Source: Azolla caroliniana
Taxonomy: Eukaryota > Plantae > Polypodiophyta
Direction of reading: 5' to 3'
Length of the DNA: 64,000 nucleotides
NCBI GenBank assembly: GCA_043228905.1
Contig: JBHGNT010000003.1
Span: forward strand, 10,354,001-10,418,000
This document shows positions 54,301 to 63,800 of this stretch, one piece after another. Both the position numbers and the translations under genes were made by a program. The stretch's first letter is position 1. Every line of letters starts with the position of its first letter. The notes under the pieces were generated by a model. It ran no database searches. It saw nothing but the letters and a program-made list of their open reading frames with translations, and was not told the origin of the DNA.

Positions 54301-56793
54301 CGCCCTCATTCCGAAAGATGATCGCCGAAAACTTGCACCTCGGTCCAGGAAATGCATTTTCCTTGGATATGGATCAGACGGCGAAATGGGATACCGACTC
54401 TGGGACCCCGAATGCAGACAAATCGTTCGAAGTTCGGACGTTGTGTTCAACGAGTCGGCTATGAATCCATCAGTCGAAAAACCGATCGAAGTCCGAAGGG
54501 TAACATTCTCCGATGTGCCGACCCTTCAAGAAGGCCCCGCTCTCAACACACGGTCAGCTTCACGGGTAGCTGAACCTTATACTACCGACTCGGACAACTC
54601 TGACTCGGCACAGCCGAATGATTCGGTTTCGGACCATCCGACCTCGATACCCGATGCGACCAGTCCAATCATACCTCGACGATCCGAGAGACTGTCGCAA
54701 CCTCCGGAGAGGTATTCTCCTGGAATTTTCTTCACCGACGCCGGCGAACCGACGTCTTACGAAGAAGCATCGACATCTGTCGATTCGGCCACCTGGCATC
54801 TGGCGATGGAGTCGGAAATGCACTCCATCCGGGCAAACAAGACTTGGGATCTGGTCGAATTACCTAGGAACCGACGTGCTCTTCCTTGCAAGTGGGTTTA
54901 TCGACTAAAAGAGACGTCTGATTCGACCACCCCAAAGTACAAGGCCAGATTAGTTGCGAAGGGCTTCCGACAAGAATATGGCGTCGACTTCGACGAGATT
55001 TTTTCACCAGTGGTGAAAATGACAACCCTTCGTCTTCTGCTCGGCGTCGTGGCAGCCGACAACTTGGAGCTGATTCAGCTAGATGTCAAAACAGCCTTCC
55101 TCCATGGTGATCTCGAGGAGGAAATTTATATGGAGCAGCCAAAAGGCTTCGTGGCAACTGGCCAAGAACATCTAGTCTGCCGACTCAGGAAGAGTCTATA
55201 CGGCCTCAAACAGGCACCGCGACAATGGTACAAGAAGTTCGACGACTTCATCCAATCAATCGGCTTCTCCAAAAGCGATGAGGACCATTGTCTCTTCACC
55301 AACACAGCTCGAGATGGATCACCCATCTTCCTCATCATTTACGTGGACGACATGCTAATTTCTGGACGCCACGCGGGCGAACTTGCCGATCTTGTTCGGC
55401 AACTGCGGTTGAAGTTTGCCATGAAGGACCTCGGTCCGGCACGACACATCCTTGGCATGAAGATTAGTCGGCATCGCAATAAACGACATCTTTTTTTGTC
55501 TCAGACCGACTATATCGGACGTGTCTTGGAACGCTTCAACATGCAATCAGCCAAATCTGCTTCAACCCCACTCCCTATGAATCTTCGGCTCTCTCAGCGA
55601 GACTGCCCGACATCCGGTTCGGAGGGGGAAGATATGAAGTCGGTACCGTATGCACCGGCAGTCGGCTCCCTTATGTACCTGATGGTCGCGACACGGCCTG
55701 ACATCTCTCATGCCGTAGGAGTCGTTAGCAGATTTATGCACAATCCTGGCCGATCGCATTGGAACGCAGTCAAGCATGTGTTCAGATATCTGGCTGGCAC
55801 AAAAGACCATGGCATTCTTTTCGGACCGAACCGAACCTCAGGCGTAGTCGGTTACACCGACTCGGACTTCGCCGGCTGTATAGACAGTCGGAAATCAACA
55901 ACCGGATACTGCTTCAAATTCGGCAATGGAGCAATCTCGTGGAAGTCGAAACTTCAGGAGTGCACAGCGACCTCAACGACCGAAGCAGAATATGTAGCTG
56001 CGTCCGACGCAGCAAAAGAAGCTTTGTGGCTCGGTCGGCTGGCGCACACGTTTCGACAAGTCGAACATGACTCGGCTCCAGTTGTCTACAACGACAGTCA
56101 AGGTGCTGTTGCCTTGTCGAAAAATCCGGTTCACCACAACGCCTCCAAACATATCGACGTTCGATATCACTTCGTTCGGGACTGCGTCATTTCAGGGAAA
56201 ATCGGTCTAGAGAAAATATCCACAACCGATAATGTCGCAGATGGAATGACCAAATGTCTCTCGGCAGACCGTTTTCGGTCTCTTCGGCATCAGATGGGCG
56301 TAACGACAAACCAGTCCGGTTAGAGCCGGACACAGAGCAGGATGGTTCCCGAAAACCGACATCAGCTCCTTAATGATCGGCTTCAACTGTTCCGACCCGA
56401 CCAGTTCGGTCTTCTGTCTTCGGATCCTGCCGACTCGAACAAAGCTGATATGTCCGAGAACCTAAGTCTATACCTGTAATCTTAGATAACCCATGTATAC
56501 GCCCATTACGGGGGAGTGTCGAATACATGTGTATAATGGACGTATTCACACCATCCCGTTTCGGCCATTTATGTAATTAGCATAAAGGGTAGTTGCCCTA
56601 AGTCGGTCACTATATATAGTGACCTTGTAACCTCTTTGTGAGGTTGGTTGTTGTATGATTGCTTTGTGAAATAAAGAGTCTTTTGTGTCTCTCTCTCTCT
56701 CTCTGTGCAACGACCTACATTCTGTCATACACAGGGAATAAACAGGAATCGAGTGCTTCAAGATCTTCCGCACTGACGACATTGCTTCCAACA
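51357..56793 (+). mobile_element. Intact Copia element A3 (LTRs 51357-51633 and 56517-56793, 277 bp each)
   Basis: TSD CATCG; LTR pair looks identical; PBS TGGTATCAGAGC at 51636-51647; PPT GGGGGAG before 56517. Confidence 0.98.
52310..56323 (+). CDS. Copia gag-pol polyprotein (A3), uninterrupted
   Basis: All domains present; same length as A1 and A2. Confidence 0.97.
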   Translation: MASTSGSSEMSLRKFDGSNFNFWKEQMQDYLIVKGQIDPIENEEPPEGYKPIEWQKLDRIVRATIRMHLSESVYFTVQSCTTAFELWKTLSDTYEKKVAATKMFLIRRLYNLRMKESDSVQAHLNEYESISSQISSQGTAIEDELRAMILMSSLPPSWETFVTTVCNASTTAVKYSEVTSAILTEAARRKSFAKDSTDDAYVVQGSTDRSNIRGRDSSRPPNNQRRRSQSRDNRICNYCKKPGHIKADCRALKNKNNKKSGRHEEINYVSFSADVLPDDPNILSIENPVGSEVLLTTEESSTWLLDSGASFHVTPHRSQFRQYTIRHSDSVRVGNSQHCDIIGIGTVELNLAGGSTLVLHNVRHVPELSRPLISVGQLDEDGIRAGFSSGGWTLHRGNLLLARGPKIHSLYPLHVTLREGNLFLVDIPVSSLWHRRLGHLSKAGITHLSSAGYIPKLSFSDHQFCEHCQYGKQVAASHPTSAPRETRPLDLVHSDVCGPMPHQSLGGASYFVSFIDDSTRKVWAYPIRTKDRVFSIFTDWLAMVENQTDRKLKCLRTDNGGEFKSDEFVKFCRQRGIRREFTAPHSPEQNGIAERMNRTIQERIVSMLQHSGLSDGFWAEAVLTAVYIINMSPSRPLGLQIPQELWIGSKPNYDKLRIFGCEAYALIPKDDRRKLAPRSRKCIFLGYGSDGEMGYRLWDPECRQIVRSSDVVFNESAMNPSVEKPIEVRRVTFSDVPTLQEGPALNTRSASRVAEPYTTDSDNSDSAQPNDSVSDHPTSIPDATSPIIPRRSERLSQPPERYSPGIFFTDAGEPTSYEEASTSVDSATWHLAMESEMHSIRANKTWDLVELPRNRRALPCKWVYRLKETSDSTTPKYKARLVAKGFRQEYGVDFDEIFSPVVKMTTLRLLLGVVAADNLELIQLDVKTAFLHGDLEEEIYMEQPKGFVATGQEHLVCRLRKSLYGLKQAPRQWYKKFDDFIQSIGFSKSDEDHCLFTNTARDGSPIFLIIYVDDMLISGRHAGELADLVRQLRLKFAMKDLGPARHILGMKISRHRNKRHLFLSQTDYIGRVLERFNMQSAKSASTPLPMNLRLSQRDCPTSGSEGEDMKSVPYAPAVGSLMYLMVATRPDISHAVGVVSRFMHNPGRSHWNAVKHVFRYLAGTKDHGILFGPNRTSGVVGYTDSDFAGCIDSRKSTTGYCFKFGNGAISWKSKLQECTATSTTEAEYVAASDAAKEALWLGRLAHTFRQVEHDSAPVVYNDSQGAVALSKNPVHHNASKHIDVRYHFVRDCVISGKIGLEKISTTDNVADGMTKCLSADRFRSLRHQMGVTTNQSG

Positions 56794-56917
56794 CATCGTA
56801 GGTGGGAGGAAGAGGGCGAGGAGTGCGAGAGAGATAGCAGTCGTGAGCGACGAGAGGGTGACGAACGCCGCCACCACATGTCTCGACAACAAGAGGACGA
56901 ACGTCAACAACGTTGCC

Positions 56918-59158
56918 AACAAGAGAGACTCCGAAGTGGAGAGGGAACGTCGTAGCCGTGGTCGCGATGAGCCACGTGACGAGGAACTGAGGCGAGCGTG
57001 CGGTGATTTCATCGACAAGCAGATTCGAGAGCTACAAGAGCGCTGCGAAAGAGAGGAAGCTGAACAAGGACGTCTGTTACAGGCATGACCATTTAATATC
57101 CCGTGGTGAGAATTTACCGTAGTATTCTATACACGTGGATAAGTGTGAGGGTTAAACGAGAGTGTAAAGAAGGGGAGGATTACTTTTAATCCTCGGGATT
57201 GAGACAACCCATTAGGTCAAGTGTGAACTTGCATGGGGACCTTGGGTATCGCTATAAATAAGAGGCCTAACTACCCTCATTTAATAATCTTTTTGACTAC
57301 ATCGAGACTCTGCTCTTGTGGTGGTTCAACTCTTGGAGCGAGCGCGCTAGCACCAGGTACGACTCGACGCCAGGGCGGTGGTATGGGACGCCGATCGAGG
57401 CTCGAGTCCGTCTCGATCCCTTCGCTCGGGGGTGGTCGGGTGGATCGGCACCCTTCTTTCTCTTTCTCCTTTCTATCTATCATTTGTTTATCCTTATCTT
57501 AAGCTTAATTTAATACTTAGATCTCTAATATTTGGTATCAGATTTATGTACTAATGTTTCTTTGTTTTTCATTTGTCTTTTGATTGATGTTGATCGATCG
57601 ATGTGCGGTCGGCCTTGATCCAGACAACGATCAACAAAGAACTTCGGTAGCTCTTTCCATAATTTTTCTTTCTATTCTCTCTTCTCCCATCTAATCATGT
57701 GTTTAGTTTATATCTCAATTTTTTTCATTAAGTCAATGATGTTGTAGTGGTCTTTAATTGATTATCTAAAACGTTTACATATGTGCACGAGGTCAATACC
57801 TTGTTTGACATATAAATAATATGTGATGAGTGTCGTATGCGTACGAGGTTAATACCTCAATTACGTATTACGTTCACGAACATATGTTACGTTTGCGTAT
57901 GAGTTTAATACCTTGATTTATTGTAAACGATATGCGGTTGGTCTCGTATGCGTAAGAGGTCAATACCTCAATTGCGTATTACGATGATCTCTTATTTGTG
58001 GATGTTTCGTGTGCGTAGAGGTATATACCTCGATTATGTATCTCGATCACATCATTTGTGGCTATTTAATATAACGATATGTTAATATAGGCATATGTGG
58101 TCACGTATATACGTATTTGATCGTATATATGTGATAAGTAAACATATGTGTATATTCGTTATTACGTGATTATATCGAAAGTTGTCCTTGTCGGGAAAAG
58201 GATGTTGGTTGCCGTCCTCACATTTTTGTGAGAATGGCGTTGTCACCATCCCTTTTTCAACAATTTTTTATTGTTGACAACCCCGTTAATGACCTCGATT
58301 TCGTTACGTAAAGAAACGCGTATAACCATAATGATGTTGAGTACGTAGGGCTTGACCCACTTCAAGTGAGGTCGCTCCAATGACACACGTATCCAACATC
58401 CCTCCCTCGTTACATGGATACGATGCCACCATGAGCTCGTTCTTACGAGAGGCATTCGTAATGACGTGACCATTTGATGGGCCACGTGGGCCTAGCTACC
58501 CTCATTTGATAATCTTTTTGACTACATCGAGACTCTGCTCTTGTGGTGGGTCAAATCTTGTAGCGAGCGCGCCAGCACCAGGTACGACTCGATGCCACGG
58601 CGGTGGTATGGGACGCCGATCGAGGCTCGAGTCCGTCTCGATCCCCTCGCTCGGGGGTGGTCGGGTGGATCGGCACCATTCTTTCTCTTTCTCCTTTCTA
58701 TCTATCATTTGTTTATCCTTATCTTAAGCTTACTTTAGTACTTAGATCTCTAATAACGTCGCTCCCCATGGATCGAAAACACTCGATACTCAAGACCCTC
58801 AGAACGGTGTTGCAGGAATGTCGAACGAATCCCCGCCGAAGATCGATGCGATCGCCTACGTGATGCCTTGTATGCTGACGTGGAGGAATGACGCAATGAT
58901 GAAGGCCGCCGCCATGGCCAACAATCAAGGGAACACCGTAGGTGGCAGGAAGAGGACGAGGAGCGCGGGAGAGATAGCAGCCGTGAGTGACGAGAGGGTG
59001 ACGAACGCCGCCACCGCATGTCTCGACGACAAGAGGACGAACGTCAACAACGTCGCCAATTCAAGGCCGATGACGAGGAAAGAGCTCTAGGCGTCGCCGC
59101 CTCCCGCCTACTCCAACAGTGCGATCTTCACCCTCGTGCTTGTATTCGTCGCTTCTAA
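56918..59158 (+). pseudogene. 2S-albumin-like gene copy 4: 5'-truncated, interrupted by a deleted D-family element, with stops
   Basis: 56918-57074 plus 58761-59158 match codons from about 78 to 261 of copy 1; TGA at 58889 and 58988; homologous 3' flank runs to about 59450. Confidence 0.88.
57075..58755 (+). mobile_element. Internally deleted, non-autonomous D-family Gypsy: 5' LTR 57075-57530, PBS, leader, partial 3' LTR about 58490-58755
   Basis: TSD ACGTC (57070-57074 and 58756-58760); TGGTATCAGA at 57533; reverse complement of the D LTR and leader without the A2 and P insertions. Confidence 0.93.
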
Positions 59159-59449
59159 ATAGTACATAAACCTTGTTCAAGTTATTCTCGTGGTATCTCT
59201 CTAATTTCTCGTAAGTGTTTACGAACAAGTGCGTCTCCCCGATCGCGCATTGCACCCACACGAACATAAACACGAGCACCAACGTCCCTCCAACGTATAG
59301 AATTTGCCTATACTGACCGCAAACCACCCAAACGGAAAAAATAGATGAAAGCAAACACCCATACCTCACACGCCACGTCAACGGCTAAGGTCAACTTGTA
59401 CACGCGGCGAATGTGAACTTGCTTCCACACTTGCCCGATAGGACACTCC

Positions 59450-60843
59450 TTGGTCCGGGAGTGGTATGTTGCATTCTTGGCTAGATGTATGGCACTCTGA
59501 CTTGCTTGTAGACCCATTTGTTTCGGAGTGCTCTCTTACCTTTTGGTAATTCTACCAGGTCGTAGGTGTAGTTTTGTGCAAGGAGTCCATCTCATCTGGC
59601 ATTGTGTTCAACCATTTATCTTTGTGTTAATCGGAAATGGCTTCATCATAGCATTCTAGGTCACCCTCATCAATCAAGAGGATGTATTGACTAACATATG
59701 TTGTCGGTCCTCTCCTTTCTTTGAGTGGGTATCTCCTTCCACTCGTTGTCGGCTCTCATTCGGGTGTCTCTCCCGACTCTCCTCTTTGTTCACATTCATA
59801 TTGTTGGGAATTCGGTCCCTCCGGATGAAGGAACCGGAAACCGGATCGAGTGAATCCGGATGGATCTAGTGCAAACCGTATCCAAGAACATATGTGTAAA
59901 TATTTTTCATAGTGGGCCCATCGAGTCATATAAATAGCCCTAAAGTCATATAAGTATAAATATGACTTAGGGCAATCACTTTAAGTGATGTGAGTTGCTA
60001 TAGAGTGTGTACAAAGAGAGTGAGAGATAGAGAGAGACAGAATGACTTTTCTGTTGTAACCGCCGGTTGGCGAAGACATAGAGCTCGAGGTCGTTGCCTC
60101 TGAGTCTCACATTGTATTCCTCCCCTCATAGTGATAGTTGGAGTCCATGGGCTCCCGTGGTTTTTCCCATTTAGGGTTTCCACGTAAACATCTTGTGTCA
60201 TCTAGTTGTTAGTTTGTTTTCTTCCATTTGTTATTTAAGACTCAATTGTGGTCGAGCGCTATTTTCCGCACACATATATGTCGATCGGCGTCTCAAGGTT
60301 GGACGACTCCAACTTGTATTCCTCGATCGACATTAACAGCTCAGCCGACTCAGACTCATAGTCGGTCGGTCTCTCCAAGTCAACCGGCTTGGATTCAGTT
60401 GTGCCGATTGGCTGTCTCCAAACAGCCGACTGTGTCAATTCGCTTGGCCTCAAGTCGACAATAGTAGGGGTTGATTGGGTAGTCGATTCTGACTTCTGTT
60501 GCTTCCAGTCCTCTATCTTCTTGTCTTCCAAGAAGATTACATCCCGACTTCTCACTACTTTCTTGTGAACTAGGTCCCATAGCCTATAGTCGAACTCATC
60601 TTCCGAGTATCCCATGAATATGCATGGTTTTGACTTGTTGTCGAGCTTCGACCTCTGATCCTTAGCCACATGCATATACGATAAACATTCAAACACCCTC
60701 AAGTGTTGGTAGGAGACATCCTTTCCTGTCCACACCCTCTGTGGGACATCACCCTTCAATGGCACTGAGAGAGACCTGTTGATCAGATAAACAGTTGTAT
60801 ATATCGCCTCAGCCCAAAGGATTTCGGCAGTTTAGCATGAGAG
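59450..60843 (-). mobile_element. Degenerate Copia F fragment (integrase C-terminus, RT/RNase H remnants); hosts a solo LTR and A4
   Basis: VWTGKDVSYQHLRVF, KPCIFMGYS, VVRSRDVIF; SQSAIHLAKNATYHSRTK. Confidence 0.85.
59802..60272 (+). mobile_element. Solo LTR related to Copia E
   Basis: TG...CA termini; TSD CATAT; similar to 26827-27338. Confidence 0.92.
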
Positions 60844-63800
60844 TGTTGGAAGCAATGTCGTCAGTGCGGAAGATCTTGAAGCACTCGATTCCTGTTTATT
60901 CCCTGTGTATGACAGAATGTAGGTCGTTGCACAGAGAGAGAGAGAGAGACACAAAAGACTCTTTATTTCACAAAGCAATCATACAACAACCAACCTCACA
61001 AAGAGGTTACAAGGTCACTATATATAGTGACCGACTTAGGGCAACTACCCTTTATGCTAATTACATAAATGGCCGAAACGGGATGGTGTGAATACGTCCA
61101 TTATACACATGTATTCGACACTCCCCCGTAATGGGCGTATACATGGGTTATCTAAGATTACAGGTATAGACTTAGGTTCTCGGACATATCAGCTTTGTTC
61201 GAGTCGGCAGGATCCGAAGACAGAAGACCGAACTGGTCGGGTCGGAACAGTTGAAGCCGATCATTAAGGAGCTGATGTCGGTTTTCGGGAACCATCCTGC
61301 TCTGTGTCCGGCTCTAACCGGACTGGTTTGTCGTTACGCCCATCTGATGCCGAAGAGACCGAAAACGGTCTGCCGAGAGACATTTGGTCATTCCATCTGC
61401 GACATTATCGGTTGTGGATATTTTCTCTAGACCGATTTTCCCTGAAATGACGCAGTCCCGAACGAAGTGATATCGAACGTCGATATGTTTGGAGGCGTTG
61501 TGGTGAACCGGATTTTTCGACAAGGCAACAGCACCTTGACTGTCGCTGTAGACAACTGGAGCCGAGTCATGTTCGACTTGTCGAAACGTGTGCGCCAGCC
61601 GACCGAGCCACAAAGCTTCTTTTGCTGCGTCGGACGCAGCTACATATTCTGCTTCGGTCGTTGAGGTCGCTGTGCACTCCTGAAGTTTCGACTTCCACGA
61701 GATTGCTCCATTGCCGAATTTGAAGCAGTATCCGGTTGTTGATTTCCGACTGTCTATACAGCCGGCGAAGTCCGAGTCGGTGTAACCGACTACGCCTGAG
61801 GTTCGGTTCGGTCCGAAAAGAATGCCATGGTCTTTTGTGCCAGCCAGATATCTGAACACATGCTTGACTGCGTTCCAATGCGATCGGCCAGGATTGTGCA
61901 TAAATCTGCTAACGACTCCTACGGCATGAGAGATGTCAGGCCGTGTCGCGACCATCAGGTACATAAGGGAGCCGACTGCCGGTGCATACGGTACCGACTT
62001 CATATCTTCCCCCTCCGAACCGGATGTCGGGCAGTCTCGCTGAGAGAGCCGAAGATTCATAGGGAGTGGGGTTGAAGCAGATTTGGCTGATTGCATGTTG
62101 AAGCGTTCCAAGACACGTCCGATATAGTCGGTCTGAGACAAAAAAAGATGTCGTTTATTGCGATGCCGACTAATCTTCATGCCAAGGATGTGTCGTGCCG
62201 GACCGAGGTCCTTCATGGCAAACTTCAACCGCAGTTGCCGAACAAGATCGGCAAGTTCGCCCGCGTGGCGTCCAGAAATTAGCATGTCGTCCACGTAAAT
62301 GATGAGGAAGATGGGTGATCCATCTCGAGCTGTGTTGGTGAAGAGACAATGGTCCTCATCGCTTTTGGAGAAGCCGATTGATTGGATGAAGTCGTCGAAC
62401 TTCTTGTACCATTGTCGCGGTGCCTGTTTGAGGCCGTATAGACTCTTCCTGAGTCGGCAGACTAGATGTTCTTGGCCAGTTGCCACGAAGCCTTTTGGCT
62501 GCTCCATATAAATTTCCTCCTCGAGATCACCATGGAGGAAGGCTGTTTTGACATCTAGCTGAATCAGCTCCAAGTTGTCGGCTGCCACGACGCCGAGCAG
62601 AAGACGAAGGGTTGTCATTTTCACCACTGGTGAAAAAATCTCGTCGAAGTCGACGCCATATTCTTGTCGGAAGCCCTTCGCAACTAATCTGGCCTTGTAC
62701 TTTGGGGTGGTCGAATCAGACGTCTCTTTTAGTCGATAAACCCACTTGCAAGGAAGAGCACGTCGGTTCCTAGGTAATTCGACCAGATCCCAAGTCTTGT
62801 TTGCCCGGATGGAGTGCATTTCCGACTCCATCGCCAGATGCCAGGTGGCCGAATCGACAGATGTCGATGCTTCTTCGTAAGACGTCGGTTCGCCGGCGTC
62901 GGTGAAGAAAATTCCAGGAGAATACCTCTCCGGAGGTTGCGACAGTCTCTCGGATCGTCGAGGTATGATTGGACTGGTCGCATCGGGTATCGAGGTCGGA
63001 TGGTCCGAAACCGAATCATTCGGTTGTGCCGAGTCAGAGTTGTCCGAGTCGGTAGTATAAGGTTCAGCTACCCGTGAAGCTGACCGTGTGTTGAGAGCGG
63101 GGCCTTCTTGAAGGGTCGGCACATCGGAGAATGTTACCCTTCGGACTTCGATCGGTTTTTCGACTGATGGATTCATAGCCGACTCGTTGAACACAACGTC
63201 CGAACTTCGAACGATTTGTCTGCATTCGGGGTCCCAGAGTCGGTATCCCATTTCGCCGTCTGATCCATATCCAAGGAAAATGCATTTCCTGGACCGAGGT
63301 GCAAGTTTTCGGCGATCATCTTTCGGAATGAGGGCGTACGCCTCGCATCCGAAGATCCTCAGCTTGTCGTAATTCGGCTTACTGCCGATCCATAGTTCCT
63401 GAGGAATTTGAAGTCCTAGAGGTCGACTTGGCGACATATTGATTATGTGTACTGCCGTGAGTAGAGCCTCTGCCCAGAAGCCATCCGACAGTCCGGAGTG
63501 TTGGAGCATGGAAACTATCCTTTCTTGGATTGTCCGATTCATTCGTTCGGCAATCCCGTTTTGCTCCGGACTGTGTGGTGCCGTAAATTCACGTCGGATG
63601 CCGCGTTGTCGGCAGAATTTGACGAATTCATCGGATTTGAACTCTCCCCCATTGTCTGTCCGAAGGCATTTCAGCTTTCGGTCGGTTTGATTTTCTACCA
63701 TAGCGAGCCAATCGGTGAAGATCGAGAAGACACGATCTTTGGTGCGAATTGGATAAGCCCACACCTTTCGAGTCGAATCGTCAATAAAACTGACGAAGTA

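Larger units (their letters stand above)
50806..56919 (+). pseudogene. 2S-albumin-like gene copy 3: CGA>TGA at 51097, interrupted by Copia A3, 3' end lost
   Basis: 50806-51356 plus 56799 to about 56919 is colinear with copy 1 apart from a 15-nt deletion. Confidence 0.9.
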
